Assembly: GCF_001194135.2 (NCBI RefSeq)
Contig: NC_068987.1
Coordinates: 39,068,654-39,106,912, forward strand
Source: Octopus bimaculoides
Taxonomy: Eukaryota
Direction: 5' to 3'
DNA: 38,259 bases
The position numbers and the translations under genes are program-made. Of the stretch, positions 1 to 11,088 are shown in pieces; position 1 is the stretch's first letter, and every line of letters begins with the position of its first letter. The notes under the pieces are model-generated. The model was given only the letters and a program-made list of their open reading frames with translations. It was not told where the DNA came from and searched no databases.

Positions 1-303
1 GTGTTTGTATTCGAGCGAGATCATTGCCAGTGCCCCTGGACTGGCTCTTGTGCGGGTGGCACATAAAAGACACCATTTCAAGCGTGGCCGTTGCCAGTAC
101 CGCTTGACTGGCTTTCGTGCGGGTGACATGTAAAAGCACCCACTCTGAGTGGTTGGCGTTAGGAAGGGCATCCAGCTGTAGAAACTCTGCCAAATTAGAT
201 TGGAGCCTGGTGTTGCCATCCGGTTTCACCAGTCCTCAGTCAAATCGTCCAACCCATGCTAGCATAGAAAGCGGACGTTAAACGATGATGATGATGATGA
301 TGA
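1..303 (+). mobile_element. 3' UTR/tail of RTE-type LINE family, ending in (GAT)n
   Basis: Shares GTGGTTGGCGTTAGGAAGGGCATCCAGCTGTAGAAAC...AACCCATGCTAGCAT.GAAA.CGGACGTTAAACGATGATGAT with the tail that follows the RT-coding fragment at 10115-10590. Confidence 0.85.
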
Positions 304-1953
304 TATATATATATATATATATACGCACATACAAACACACATGCACCAACATATATGTGTGAGTGACTGTGTATGAGAAAGAGAGAGCAATACAGGTTAA
401 CGCAGCCTGTTTGTGAACTGATATCAATTTTTCTATCATCAACTTAACCAGTCAAATATAAACTAAGCATTGAGATTTGAAGGTCAGTTGCTATAAAAAG
501 TAAGTGAATTGTTGATAAGGCATAACATAGAAGATGGCAACGAGCAGTCGTCTGCTAAAAGAAAAGAGATCTTCAGTTACTGATGATAAAGAACTGCAAA
601 GTTAAAAATGTAAATGAGGTAGCATGTCGGATGAAGAAGAAGAAATAGAGTGAAATCCTTCGAATCATACAGTAATTGATATGTTTCATCTTAGGTGATT
701 ATGTATTTATCTATTGCACATGCATGTGTGTCTGTGTGTGTATATATATGTATGTATTGGTGATTTAGAGTTTCATTTTAATCTCTTTTATTTTCTCATG
801 TCTTTCAATTTGTTTTTCTTTTTTATCTGTATCTCCTTATCTCACATCTTATATTCCTCATCGCTCCCTTTCTCTCTCTCTCTCTCTCTCTCCCTCCTTA
901 AGCTTTCTGGGGTTTTTTCCATTGTCGTTTTTTTCCTATCTATCTGAAACAAAAAGGGAAATCAACAGTTAAATCATTCAAAGTAAACAAAATAGTTTTT
1001 AACATCTTGTTTTGGGTGAGTGCGTAGGAGGTGAGCCGTTCAATTATATTATATAAATTATGCTAAATTTATCAACCTTTGATAAATATAAAATAAGGTT
1101 GACTTTCACAGAAGCAGAAGAGGAAAATAAAAAACTGCAAACCATTAAACAAGTGTTCCACTGCTTATTTTAACTCACATACCCGATTTCAGATAACATT
1201 AATAATATTGTTATACTTGGGGATGGTCATCTTTTACCAATTAAATGTACACACTATTTATCTAACCTTCACTTTTTTTTTTATAAGTAGTAGTTGTTGG
1301 CCTTGTGCCAAAATTTGAAACCATTACTATAAGCAGCAACAGCAGTAGTTTATTTGTCTGTCAAAGTTCTTTTGTCACACATTCTGTGACCTCTTCAACG
1401 ACTTTCTTTTCCCAGTGTCTCTTGTTTTGTCTATTTTCTATTTTGTCTTAACGATGATGGTCACTCCCATTGGTTTCCGCATATGTGTGTTTGAAGGTAA
1501 GGAAGATCTAGCCTGTTTCAGTCACAAATCAGCCCCCTTTAATTTTGCTCAGATTCTTTTCAAATTTGGTATATCAATGCAGTTCTGAATGGTGATTACA
1601 CTCAACTAATTACTTGTAAATTAAAGAATCTAATGTTATTTCAAATTAAAGTTTGGAAAATTTGGGTAATTTTAGCCAATCAACAGACAGCAAAGCATTA
1701 ACACTAGTTACATAAGGACTTAAAGTTGAAGAGAGTAATAGAAAGAAAAAGTAAATTTAGTCAAAATAAGAATCTGCATCTATTTGCGATGGATGCGTGA
1801 ATGTAATTTCAGTCCAGGTATTGATTTTGTTATGAAGTCACAATGGGACATTGATGATTTTGGTTTTGCCTGGGATTGGGCACGTGTGTCTGATGATTGT
1901 GAGATATTCATAATTTAACATAAATGTACTGAAAAATTAATATTCAATAACAC

Positions 1954-1957
<4 letters not shown>

Positions 1958-1985
<28 letters not shown>

Positions 1986-2040
1986 CATACATACATACAT
2001 ACATACATACATGCATGCATGCATGCATCCATACATACAT
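1958..2040. repeat. (TACA)n/(TGCA)n microsatellite
   Basis: Directly visible tandem tetranucleotides. Confidence 0.95.
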
Positions 2041-3464
2041 ATATTCATACAAACTCACTCACACACACACACATAACATACATGTCGTCACATGTTTTAT
2101 GTAAACACTTTTACTTACCAATGTGACATTATTCAGACCAGATATTAAAAACAAAATATAGTTGTCACCACGTGGAATTCCACTAGTACAATTCTGGATT
2201 CTTTTTCGTTTTCTTCCAACCACTTGTATTTGTATACATTTCCATAAGTAAACAACGATACACTGGGGTTGCTGTGACAACAAAGTTTCGATTTGTACTT
2301 GTGAGGACACAGGACTTGTTTCATTGGCTAAAATTACATAACTTTAAGTGCATCTGTCTTGTTAATAGTTGGCTTTTCACAAAAATGAATTTGTTTTTCA
2401 TCATTAGCATGCAAAACTACATCTGTGTGGAAATTTTGAAAACGCTCCCAGGAAAAATCTTTAAGTAGTTGGAAGAAAATGAAAAAGATCCACTAACTGA
2501 TCTCAGAACACATAGAATCAGTCAAAATCTGCCATGAGAAAGATCGAAAATAAAGGTAAACAGCAGCCACCATCTCTAAATTTTCATATATTTCCGCATG
2601 CAAATAAATTGACAGAGACGACTGTATTAAGAGTTTATTAAGAGTTTATTTATTGATGTATGATGAAAATGAATTTCATGTCAATAATGAGCATACAAAA
2701 CTACACCAAATTTGAAATCAATTGGAACAAAATTGAAGAACTTTAAAAGTGGCAGCCAAACAGAAAAGATCCCATATTCAACTTTGAAACATCCTGAAAC
2801 CACAGTTCATTGAAAACTACTCTACTTTTTCCAAACTATCATTGAACAATAGGCCATTCTCAACAACATTAAAGAAAAATCTAACTGCTCTAGTGTTGAA
2901 AGTTATCAACAATGCTGCTGGAGAACACATAAAATCATGTGATGTTAATTACTGGACAATTAATACCTTTTTAGCAGTGTTGCTGGTGAAGGTACTGATC
3001 TTGGGATCACCAGCTTTAGCACTGTTGCTGGTGAAGATACTGAAGTCAGGAATCAGTGGATATAAAGTCTCCCTTGGTTTTACTACAGAATCTTGCATAC
3101 CATTATATAGCATGTATTGCATATTCACTCATGGAAAATAATACAAGAAACAAACTTTAAAAATAACAGCAAGACTTTATTCCTCTGCTAAATAATACAG
3201 TGGACAAAATAAACACATCACAGATTCTAGTGGTTATCCCCTGTCGAACACAAAAAATACAATAATGTCTGTTTAGAAATATAAAATGCTTCGAGTGTGG
3301 TAAAATAGGCCATAAAAGTTACACTGTAGGACAGAACCTAAAAAATGGCTCAACAGAAAAAAATCATATGTCCCCTCTATGTTTAACCCCTTGCAGGCAA
3401 TAAAGAAATAAGAAAAAATCATATAAACAGGTTATCAGTGACGAAAAGTACAAACAAACCTCAA

Positions 3465-3760
3465 AGGAAATTTGTGTATGTAAAAATTAATAACACAAAC
3501 GTAAAGTTACAATTGGGTACAGGCAGTGATATTTCAATAGTTAACAGAGATACATGGAAAAAAAATTGGGAAACCTAGATTAAATGAAACTTCAAATATT
3601 GCCCATGGTGTTTCAGGAAAAAAATTATATTTTAAGGGTAAATTGATAAGTAACATTACATTTCATAGAAAAACCTTAAAAGCTAAAGTTTTTGTGTTAA
3701 ATAATACCATAAATTTATTTGGAACTGACTGGATAAAATTATTTAACTTATGGGAGCTCC
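3465..3760 (+). pseudogene. Gypsy aspartic protease remnant
   Basis: RKFVYVKINNTNVKLQLGTGSDISIV, with catalytic DTG mutated to GTG (3516-3518); frameshifted downstream. Confidence 0.85.
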
Positions 3761-3976
3761 CCATAAATCTTTTCTGTAAAAATGTGAATGGTTTTACCTC
3801 CAGTACAAATAAGTTATCAGATGAATTGAAAAAATTTTTTTTTATATTTTTCCTGAATAAATTAGGTCTGTGCATCAAGATGAAGACATGGCTTCAGATA
3901 AAAGAAAATGCCAAACCAACATTTAATCAAAAACGAACTGTACCATTTGCAGTGTTAGAGCAGATAAACTTAGAGT

Positions 3977-4936
3977 TTGGAGTTATTCAAAAAAGTGAAA
4001 TATAGTCAATGGGCATCACCAACTGTGTTTGTTAAGAAAAAGAATAATAAAATCAAAGTGTATGCTAATTTTTCCACTGGCTTAAACAAATGTCTTAAAA
4101 CATGCTACTGTCCGCTACCTACTCCCGAGGATATTTTTGAGAAATTAAATGGTGACAAGATCTCTCTGATGCATACCTACAAATTATAGTAAATGATGAA
4201 TGCTCTAAATACCTAACAATTAACAAATATAAAGGACTGTATAAATACAACAGTTTACTAATTTGTCTTAAAAGTCGCACCAGAGATTTTTCAACAGATT
4301 ATGAATGCAATGTTAATGGACTGTGAATTCGCAATTCCATATTTGGATGATGTACTCATTAAAAGTGAATCCAGGGATCAACATGTAGAGCATGTAAAAT
4401 ATGTATTCAAAAAAATTAGGGATTATGGCTTTACTGTTAGTGAAGAAAAGTGGGAATTTTTCTTACAGAAAATAAGTTATTTAGGACAAATCATTGACAG
4501 AAATAGTCATCCACCAGATCCATCAAGGGTAGATGCAATTAAAATATGTCACCTCCAACAACTATAGCAACCTTACAAGCATTTTTAGGACTGGCAAATT
4601 ATTACCAAAATTATATTCCAAATATGCATAAGGAGAGGGTTCCACTGAATAATCTGCTGAAAAAAGATATGAAATGGAATTGGTTGGAAAATTGTCAAAA
4701 GATGTTTGATGAAATTTAAAAAAATATTAATATCTGATTTGTCGCAAGCACACTTTGATCCTGCAGCGGTGATTGTTGTAGCTTCAGATGCTTCTGTGTA
4801 CAGTATAGGAACAGTAATACTGCATAAATATAAAGATGGTAACATAAATGTAGTGGTTCATGCCTCACGTTCTCTGATATCAGCAGAGAAAAATTATAGC
4901 CAAATCGAAAAAGAAGCTCAGACTTTCACATGGTAG
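3977..4936 (+). pseudogene. Gypsy reverse transcriptase / RNase H remnant
   Basis: ORF pieces 3977-4189, 4301-4567 (AIPYLDDVLIKS) and 4706-4936 (VASDAS, HASRSL, NYSQIEKEA). Confidence 0.92.
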
Positions 4937-5329
4937 AAGTTTTCGTCTATAGACTGATCATTGTTCATTATTATCAATATTTGGGTTGAAAAAAGGAATC
5001 ACTACTCATACTGCTAATAGGTTACAATGCTGGAGTACGATATTATTAAACTATGATTTCAAGATGGAGTATATACCATCCAAGAAATTCAGTCATGTTG
5101 ATTGTCTATCAAGACTGATTTCAAAATGTGTGGAACCATTTGAAAATACCATGATTGCTGCTTTGCAAGCAGAAAATGAAATTAAAACTGTTTTGTGTAA
5201 CATCATTTATGAACTGCCAGTTACTTTACAAGACATAAAATTAAAATCAGAAAACAACAAATTCATTAAAATAATTCAAGAAATGCTGAAGGCTAAAAGA
5301 GATTAAAATATGTGCAACACAAATGCAAC

Positions 5330-6030
5330 CATTTCTCACTGTGGGACAATGTGTTGATGTATGCATGAAGAGTCATAGTGCCAGCCACACTACAAAAGTG
5401 ATTATTAAAGGAATTTCATATTGGTCACTCAGGGATTTCGAGACTGATATCGTTAATAAGAAGTTATGTATACTGGCCAACAGTGGACCATGACTGAAGG
5501 ATCAGTGAAAGCATGCAGAAGGTGTACCTTAGCTGCAAAAGCGCCTACCACTAAGTGGCAAATGTGGACAAAAACAAATGTTCCATGGGCCAGACTGCAT
5601 ATTGATCACACAGGTTCACTTTAGGGTTCATATTACCTTGTTGTGGTGGACAGTTTTTCAAAGAGCCTGAAAGTGCATAAATGTAAAAAGCTGACATTTG
5701 TGGTTACAATAAGTTTATTCCTGATACCATTGAGTCTGATATTGGAACTCAGTTTACCTCAGACAAGTTCAGAAAATTTGTCATCAAATATGTCACCACT
5801 CTGCCCTGTCATCCTAGATCAAATGGGCAGGTGGAGCATTTCATTGACACTTTCAAGGTGTTGAAAAAGGCAAACAATGAAGTTATGGACGATTTTGCAC
5901 TTCAACAATTTCTAAGAGTGTACAGAAAAACATCTAATCTGAGTACACTGGAATGTCACCCACAGAATTGGTGTTTGCTAGAAAGGTCAGATCTGTCTTT
6001 GATAAGCTAATACCAAGTGAAAATTAAAAG
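5330..6030 (+). pseudogene. Gypsy integrase remnant
   Basis: RVIVPATLQK.LLKEFHIGHSGISRL...YVYWP and PWARLHIDHTG...LVVVDSFSK read across stops. Confidence 0.85.
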
Positions 6031-6411
6031 AAAAAGGCAAACAACAAAAATACTTCAAAATCCTTCAAGCTAGGTTAGAAATTTTTTTAAAAACCTAAAG
6101 ATATAGTAAAGAAAGCTGGGAGGATGGTGTGATCATTAAACAAATTGGATGAATGATATTCCTGATAAATGGAAAAAATGTTGAACACAAAAGACATATT
6201 AACCAAATTAAAAAAAGACTCATGCAAAAGACAGTCATGAGAAATGAAATCCCCATAGAAGTATTGTACGACACATTGGAGGTACTAACATCCAAATAAT
6301 TTGTAACAACATGTTCTAGCATCAGAAAGCGGAAACACTGGAATTCAACCCAAATAGTAAGAGATAGTAAAACTGAGCTGAGTTCAATTTTCAAAAGGGG
6401 AGACTGATTGT

Positions 6412-6456
6412 AAAAAGGGGGAGATGTTGTGAAAGGATTCCAATCACCCCCCCCCC
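6412..6456 (+). promoter_or_regulatory. Polypurine tract and first bases of 3' LTR
   Basis: AAAAAGGGGGAGA (6412-6424) is immediately followed by TGTTGTG; the rest of the LTR is lost in the gap. Confidence 0.75.
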
Positions 6457-7124
6457 NNNNNNNNNNNNNNNNNNNNNNNNNNNNNNNNNNNNNNNNNNNN
6501 NNNNNNNNNNNNNNNNNNNNNNNNNNNNNNNNNNNNNNNNNNNNNNNNNNNNNNNNNNNNNNNNNNNNNNNNNNNNNNNNNNNNNNNNNNNNNNNNNNNN
6601 NNNNNNNNNNNNNNNNNNNNNNNNNNNNNNNNNNNNNNNNNNNNNNNNNNNNNNNNNNNNNNNNNNNNNNNNNNNNNNNNNNNNNNNNNNNNNNNNNNNN
6701 NNNNNNNNNNNNNNNNNNNNNNNNNNNNNNNNNNNNNNNNNNNNNNNNNNNNNNNNNNNNNNNNNNNNNNNNNNNNNNNNNNNNNNNNNNNNNNNNNNNN
6801 NNNNNNNNNNNNNNNNNNNNNNNNNNNNNNNNNNNNNNNNNNNNNNNNNNNNNNNNNNNNNNNNNNNNNNNNNNNNNNNNNNNNNNNNNNNNNNNNNNNN
6901 NNNNNNNNNNNNNNNNNNNNNNNNNNNNNNNNNNNNNNNNNNNNNNNNNNNNNNNNNNNNNNNNNNNNNNNNNNNNNNNNNNNNNNNNNNNNNNNNNNNN
7001 NNNNNNNNNNNNNNNNNNNNNNNNNNNNNNNNNNNNNNNNNNNNNNNNNNNNNNNNNNNNNNNNNNNNNNNNNNNNNNNNNNNNNNNNNNNNNNNNNNNN
7101 NNNNNNNNNNNNNNNNNNNNNNNA
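6457..7124. other. Assembly gap (N run)
   Basis: Run of N; ORFs spanning it are artefacts. Confidence 1.
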
Positions 7125-7161
7125 TATATATATATATATATATATATACGCACATACACAC

Positions 7162-7325
7162 ATGATGGGCTTCTTTCAGTTTCTGTCAACCAAATCTATT
7201 CACAAGGCTTTTGGTCAGACTGGGGCTATTATAGTAGAAGACACTAGCTCGAAGTGCCACACAGCAGGACTGAACCTGGATCCATGTGGTTGGGAAGCAA
7301 ACTTCTTACACACAGCCATGCCTGC
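7162..7325 (-). mobile_element. tRNA-derived SINE (CORE-like centre)
   Basis: Minus strand reads GCAGGCATGGCTGTGTG-TAAGAAG (A-box-like), GGTTCAGTCC (B-box-like), GTGGCACTT.GAGCTAGTGTCTTCTACTATAATAGCC and GAAACTGAAAGAAGCCC, next to a TA/CA tail. Confidence 0.85.
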
Positions 7326-7705
7326 GTCTATTCAGTTACAATCACTTTCATAAGTTATGGTGAGCAATACTGCCACTGATGATGTTCAATCAAGTAGATG
7401 TCTCCCATACTAGGTGTAAAAAATATTAGTCATAAATATTTTTCGCCCAATATATTTTTACCTTATATTAACTTTTTTAACATTTCATGCACTGAATAAG
7501 CTTTCTTCCACCTAAGTCACAGCATCCACATTAAGTTGATACTTAATTGATATCAGTGATTTGCTGGCAGGTAGAACTGTGAACCTTGCCTAAGGCTTGT
7601 AACAAGATATTTACATACTAGCTATGAGAATATATGCATGCTTTTAGTTGCAACAATATTAAATATGTTATATTACTCATCCAGAAACATACGCATTCAT
7701 GCATA

Positions 7706-7860
7706 TACAACAGGCTTTCTTAAATAGTTTCCATCAATCAAGTTCACTCACAAGAGATTGCTCAGCCCAATGTTACAGAAGATACTTGGTCAAGGTGTCA
7801 GACAGTGAGACAGAAGTCAAAGTCATGTGGTTACATAGTGAAATTTCTATCCAATATGTT
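7706..7860 (-). mobile_element. Older, diverged copy of the same SINE family
   Basis: Minus strand AACCACATG...ACACCTTGACCAAGTATCTTC...CTTGTGAGTGAACTTG...GGAAAC...AAGAAAGCC aligns by eye to 7162-7325. Confidence 0.7.
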
Positions 7861-7949
7861 ATGTTTGCATGCACACAAACCACATCTAGTAGCTTAATAG
7901 CATGAAAAACAGGATAAAGTATAGCACATTTGGTTAGCTTCTAATAATT

Positions 7950-8822
7950 TCAGTTAAAAATAAATACAAGAATCAGCAAAACCAACCAATCATTTGGTAC
8001 GTTAAACTCAATATGAAAATTATCAATACTCAGCAAGAGCACCAAAATAGGTTTATACAAAAGCAACAGATTTTATAAAAGCAACATTCAGATCCTCTAT
8101 GGATCCGAATGTTGGAAAACGACCAAAAGTATTGAAAAGAAATTGGAGGCTTTTCGAAATAAATGTTTATGAAAAATTTTGAAGGTCTACTGGCCAAATA
8201 TGATCTTGAATAGCCAACTACACACCAAAGCTAATGTGAGACCAATAAGAGGGGGTGGGGCTCCATAAGGGATCTCAGGGAGTAGCATCCCTGCCTTCCT
8301 GTGCTGGTTTTCCACCACATTTCTTAAAAATCATGGTAGGGACCTTGGTCTCAGGACCACTCATGTCTAGAAACTGAGGTTGGGGGTAAGGGCATGCTCC
8401 CCATATAAAATCCAGTTCTAGAAAAGCCTCATGATAGCAAAGGAGAATGGGCACCAGTCAGCCCAAAGGTTGGGTGGGCTGCACCTGCCTACCTCGGTTG
8501 CTATGGCATTGAGGTAGATCCAGCCACCTCCGTTAATGGGGACAAAACCCGGATTTAAAACACTGGATGATGATGATGATTGAAGCAAGATGACAATGGC
8601 TGGGTTGAGCTTGTTGTTATAAACCCAACTTAGTTGTGCAATGTGTTCCACAAGGTAAAGGAAGATGTGGCCAACTAAAGGAAATGTGGCAGATATCAAT
8701 AACAAAAGATCTTGAAAAATTAACAATGGAACAAGCTGTCAAGGATGCTTTCAGTGTTAGAAGGTGGAATGATTTTGCTGTCACCTCAAGTGCCACAAGG
8801 CATAATAAGAACCGAATGAATG
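7950..8822 (+). mobile_element. 3' fragment of a second RTE-type LINE, interrupted by insertion 8251-8580
   Basis: ILYGSECWKTTKSIEKKLEAFRNKCL.KILKVYWPN...VRPIR (to 8250) resumes as EAR.QWLG...PQGKGRCGQLKEMWQ...RRWNDF (8581-8810), then a GAAT-type tail. Confidence 0.8.
8251..8580 (+). mobile_element. Nested non-coding retroposon fragment with (GAT)n tail
   Basis: GC-richer block splitting the RTE reading frame and ending AAAACACTGGATGATGATGATGAT. Confidence 0.6.
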
Positions 8823-8913
8823 AATAAATGTGTGTGCACACTTGTGTGTGCGTGTTATGTATATGTATGTGTTTATATTTGTATAAGTCTCTCTGTGTAT
8901 TTAGTTATATACA

Positions 8914-10590
8914 GATTCTACTATGAGGACCAGGTCATCAGCATAGAAGAGCTCCCAGGGGCATCTCGTCTTGAATTCCTCTGTTATTGCCTGGAGGACT
9001 ATGATGAATAAAAGGGGACTGAGGGTTGAACCTTGGTGGACCCCTACTTCTACCCGGAATTCTTCACTATACTCATTGCCAGTCCTAACCTTATTTACAG
9101 CCTCTCTGTATAGGGCCTGTACAGCCCTTATTAACCATTCGTCAATCTCCAGTTTCTGCATTGCCCACCAGATAAGGGATCGGGGGACCCTGTCAAAGGC
9201 TTTCTCCAAGTCCACCAAAGCTAAGTATAGGGGTTTATCTTTAGCCAGGTATTTCTCCTGCAGTGGATGGAAGGTTTAGAATCAAAAGGCCTTAGAATCA
9301 ATGTAGCAAAGACCAAAGTTCTAGTAAGTAGGAAGGCAAACACATCACACACCCCCTCAGGTAGGTGGCCCTGCTCGATCTGTAGAAAAGGTGTAGGTAG
9401 AAACTCCATAAGATGTACCCAGTGTAAGCTATGGACACATCAAAGGAAGATTAACCAAAAAGATAGCTTTCGTGTGCAGCAGATGCACAGGGGCAATAAA
9501 CACCACAGATGCTCAGAAAACAGATTCCATCACACTCCAGGGGGAGAAACTAGAAGTAGTTGATAGCTTCCGCTACCTAGGTGACCAAGTTAGTAGTGGG
9601 GTGGATGCTTAGAGAGTGTTACCACTAAAATAAGAATAGCCTGGGCAAAGTTTAGAAAGCTACTGGTGACAAAGGGCCTCTTGCTCAGAGTGAAAGGTAG
9701 ATTGTACGATGCATGTGTGTGAACTGCCATGCTTCATGGCAGTGAAACATGGGCGATTACTGTGGAAGACATGTGTAGGCTCGAAAGAAATGAAGCTAGC
9801 ATGATCCGCTGGATGTGTAATGTCAGAGTGTAAGCACCCTGAGAGAAATGTTGGACATAAGAAATATTGGATGTGGCGTGCAAGAGAGACGTTTACGCTG
9901 GTATGGTCATGTACTATGGATGAATGAGGAGAGCTGTGTGAAAAAGTGCCACTCCCAAACAGTTGAAGGAATCCAGGGTAGAGGTAGACCCAGGAAGACA
10001 TGGGATGAGGTGGTGAAGCATGACCTTCGAACGTTGGGCCTCAGAGAGGCAATGACAAAAGACCGAGACCTCTGGAGATATGCTGTGACTACGAAGACCC
10101 GGCAAATAAAGTGAGCTCACGGCTGTATCCTACACCAGTTTCACATAACCAGCTCCAGCCAATTCAAAAGTACCTTGGATAGTAGGGCAACCTGCTGTGC
10201 TTGAGGAGACCTATTGAGTCAAGTACATCATCATCAAAATGAAAATCAAATGGAAATTGTAGTGATATCCATGCCAGTGGCACGTAAAAAGTACCATCCG
10301 AACATGGCTGATGCCAGCGCTGCCTTGACTGGCTTCCATACCAGTGGCACATAAAAAGCATCAACTGATCATGGCCATTGCCAGCCTCCTCTGGCCCCTG
10401 TGCTGGTGGCACATAAAAAGTACCCACAACACTCACGGAGTGGTTGGCATTAGGAAGGCCATCCTGCTGTAGAAACACTGCCAGATCAGACTAGAGTCTG
10501 ATGCAGTCTCCTGGCTTCCCAGACCCCGGTCAAACTGCCCAACCCATGCTAGCATGGAAAACGGACGTTAAACGATGATGATGATGATGA
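8914..10590 (+). mobile_element. 5'-inverted RTE-type LINE copy (inverted RT core 8914-9263; sense RT C-terminus, 3' UTR and (GAT)n 9264-10590)
   Basis: Minus strand: LQEKYLAKDKPLYLA.VDLEKAFDRVP...GVHQGSTLSPLLF...YADDLVLI. Plus strand: GLESKGLRINVAKTK...RLRWYGHV...GRGRPRKTWDEVV, then the same tail as 1-303. Confidence 0.93.
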
Positions 10591-11088
10591 CAGATATACT
10601 CAGGTATATAGTCATCTGCTTTGTATTTAACCTGTCAACAACCCTTTTGCCCTCCCTCTCCCTCCATTAACACACACACACACACACACTCACATTATCT
10701 GTATAGTGTATCCCCACTTTATCACACCCTATCCTCCCCATCCCACTTCATTGCTCAATCTGGCTAAAATCTTAATTTAGAAATGTTTTTCATGACCTTC
10801 ATAAACACTTTTCTCTTTGCTTTCATTTTTTCGCTTTTGTTTTCCTTCATTGTCTCAAATCCTTCACTTCCTAGAATATGTACTATTACTATCTCTCTAT
10901 ATCTTATCATAGAAATCTCTCATGTACATACCCATATATGCTCTTTAAAATTCATCTTATTCTACTTATGGGAGAAGCTTCCCTTGCAATCTCCTGAATT
11001 TCATTTCCCACATACATGTATGTTTTTCTTGTTCTGTGTATATACATAAGTGTAAATTTTTACCCAAATAAATTGCATTTCGTGTTTG

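Larger units (their letters stand above)
2750..6456 (+). mobile_element. Decayed Ty3/Gypsy LTR retrotransposon (gag-PR-RT-RH-IN, PPT, start of 3' LTR)
   Basis: Domains appear in Gypsy order: gag knuckle CFECGKIGH (3287), protease, RT (WASPTVFVKKK, YLDDVLI), RNase H (DASVYSIGTVI, NYSQIEKEA), integrase (FHIGHSG, RLHIDHTG, VVVDSFSK). A PPT at 6412-6424 is followed by TGTTGT. Many stops and frameshifts; the 5' boundary is approximate. Confidence 0.93.

Noticed and set aside
520-960. Possible host exon (minus-strand acceptor TTTTGTTTCAG near 944) and ORF 714-947
   Set aside because: All frames stop early or are microsatellite-derived low complexity; no recognisable protein.
1205-1700. Old SINE/LINE/MITE remnants
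   Set aside because: Only short, vague resemblances; cannot be assigned by eye.
1885-1920. CTGATGA followed by a small hairpin
   Set aside because: No GAAA or NUH triplet downstream, so not a hammerhead.
2600-2760. 5' LTR and PBS of the Gypsy element (TGGCAG at about 2750)
   Set aside because: The 3' LTR is in a gap, so no comparison is possible; there is no TGTTGTG match upstream and the PBS match is poor.
6095-7247. Long ORFs of 239-364 aa (also at 13070-13304 and 20757-21864)
   Set aside because: They are artefacts of N-runs translated as X.
8440-8570. HDV-like ribozyme in the nested GC-rich element
   Set aside because: The nested double-pseudoknot order (P1.1, J4/2) could not be satisfied; only simple hairpins were found.
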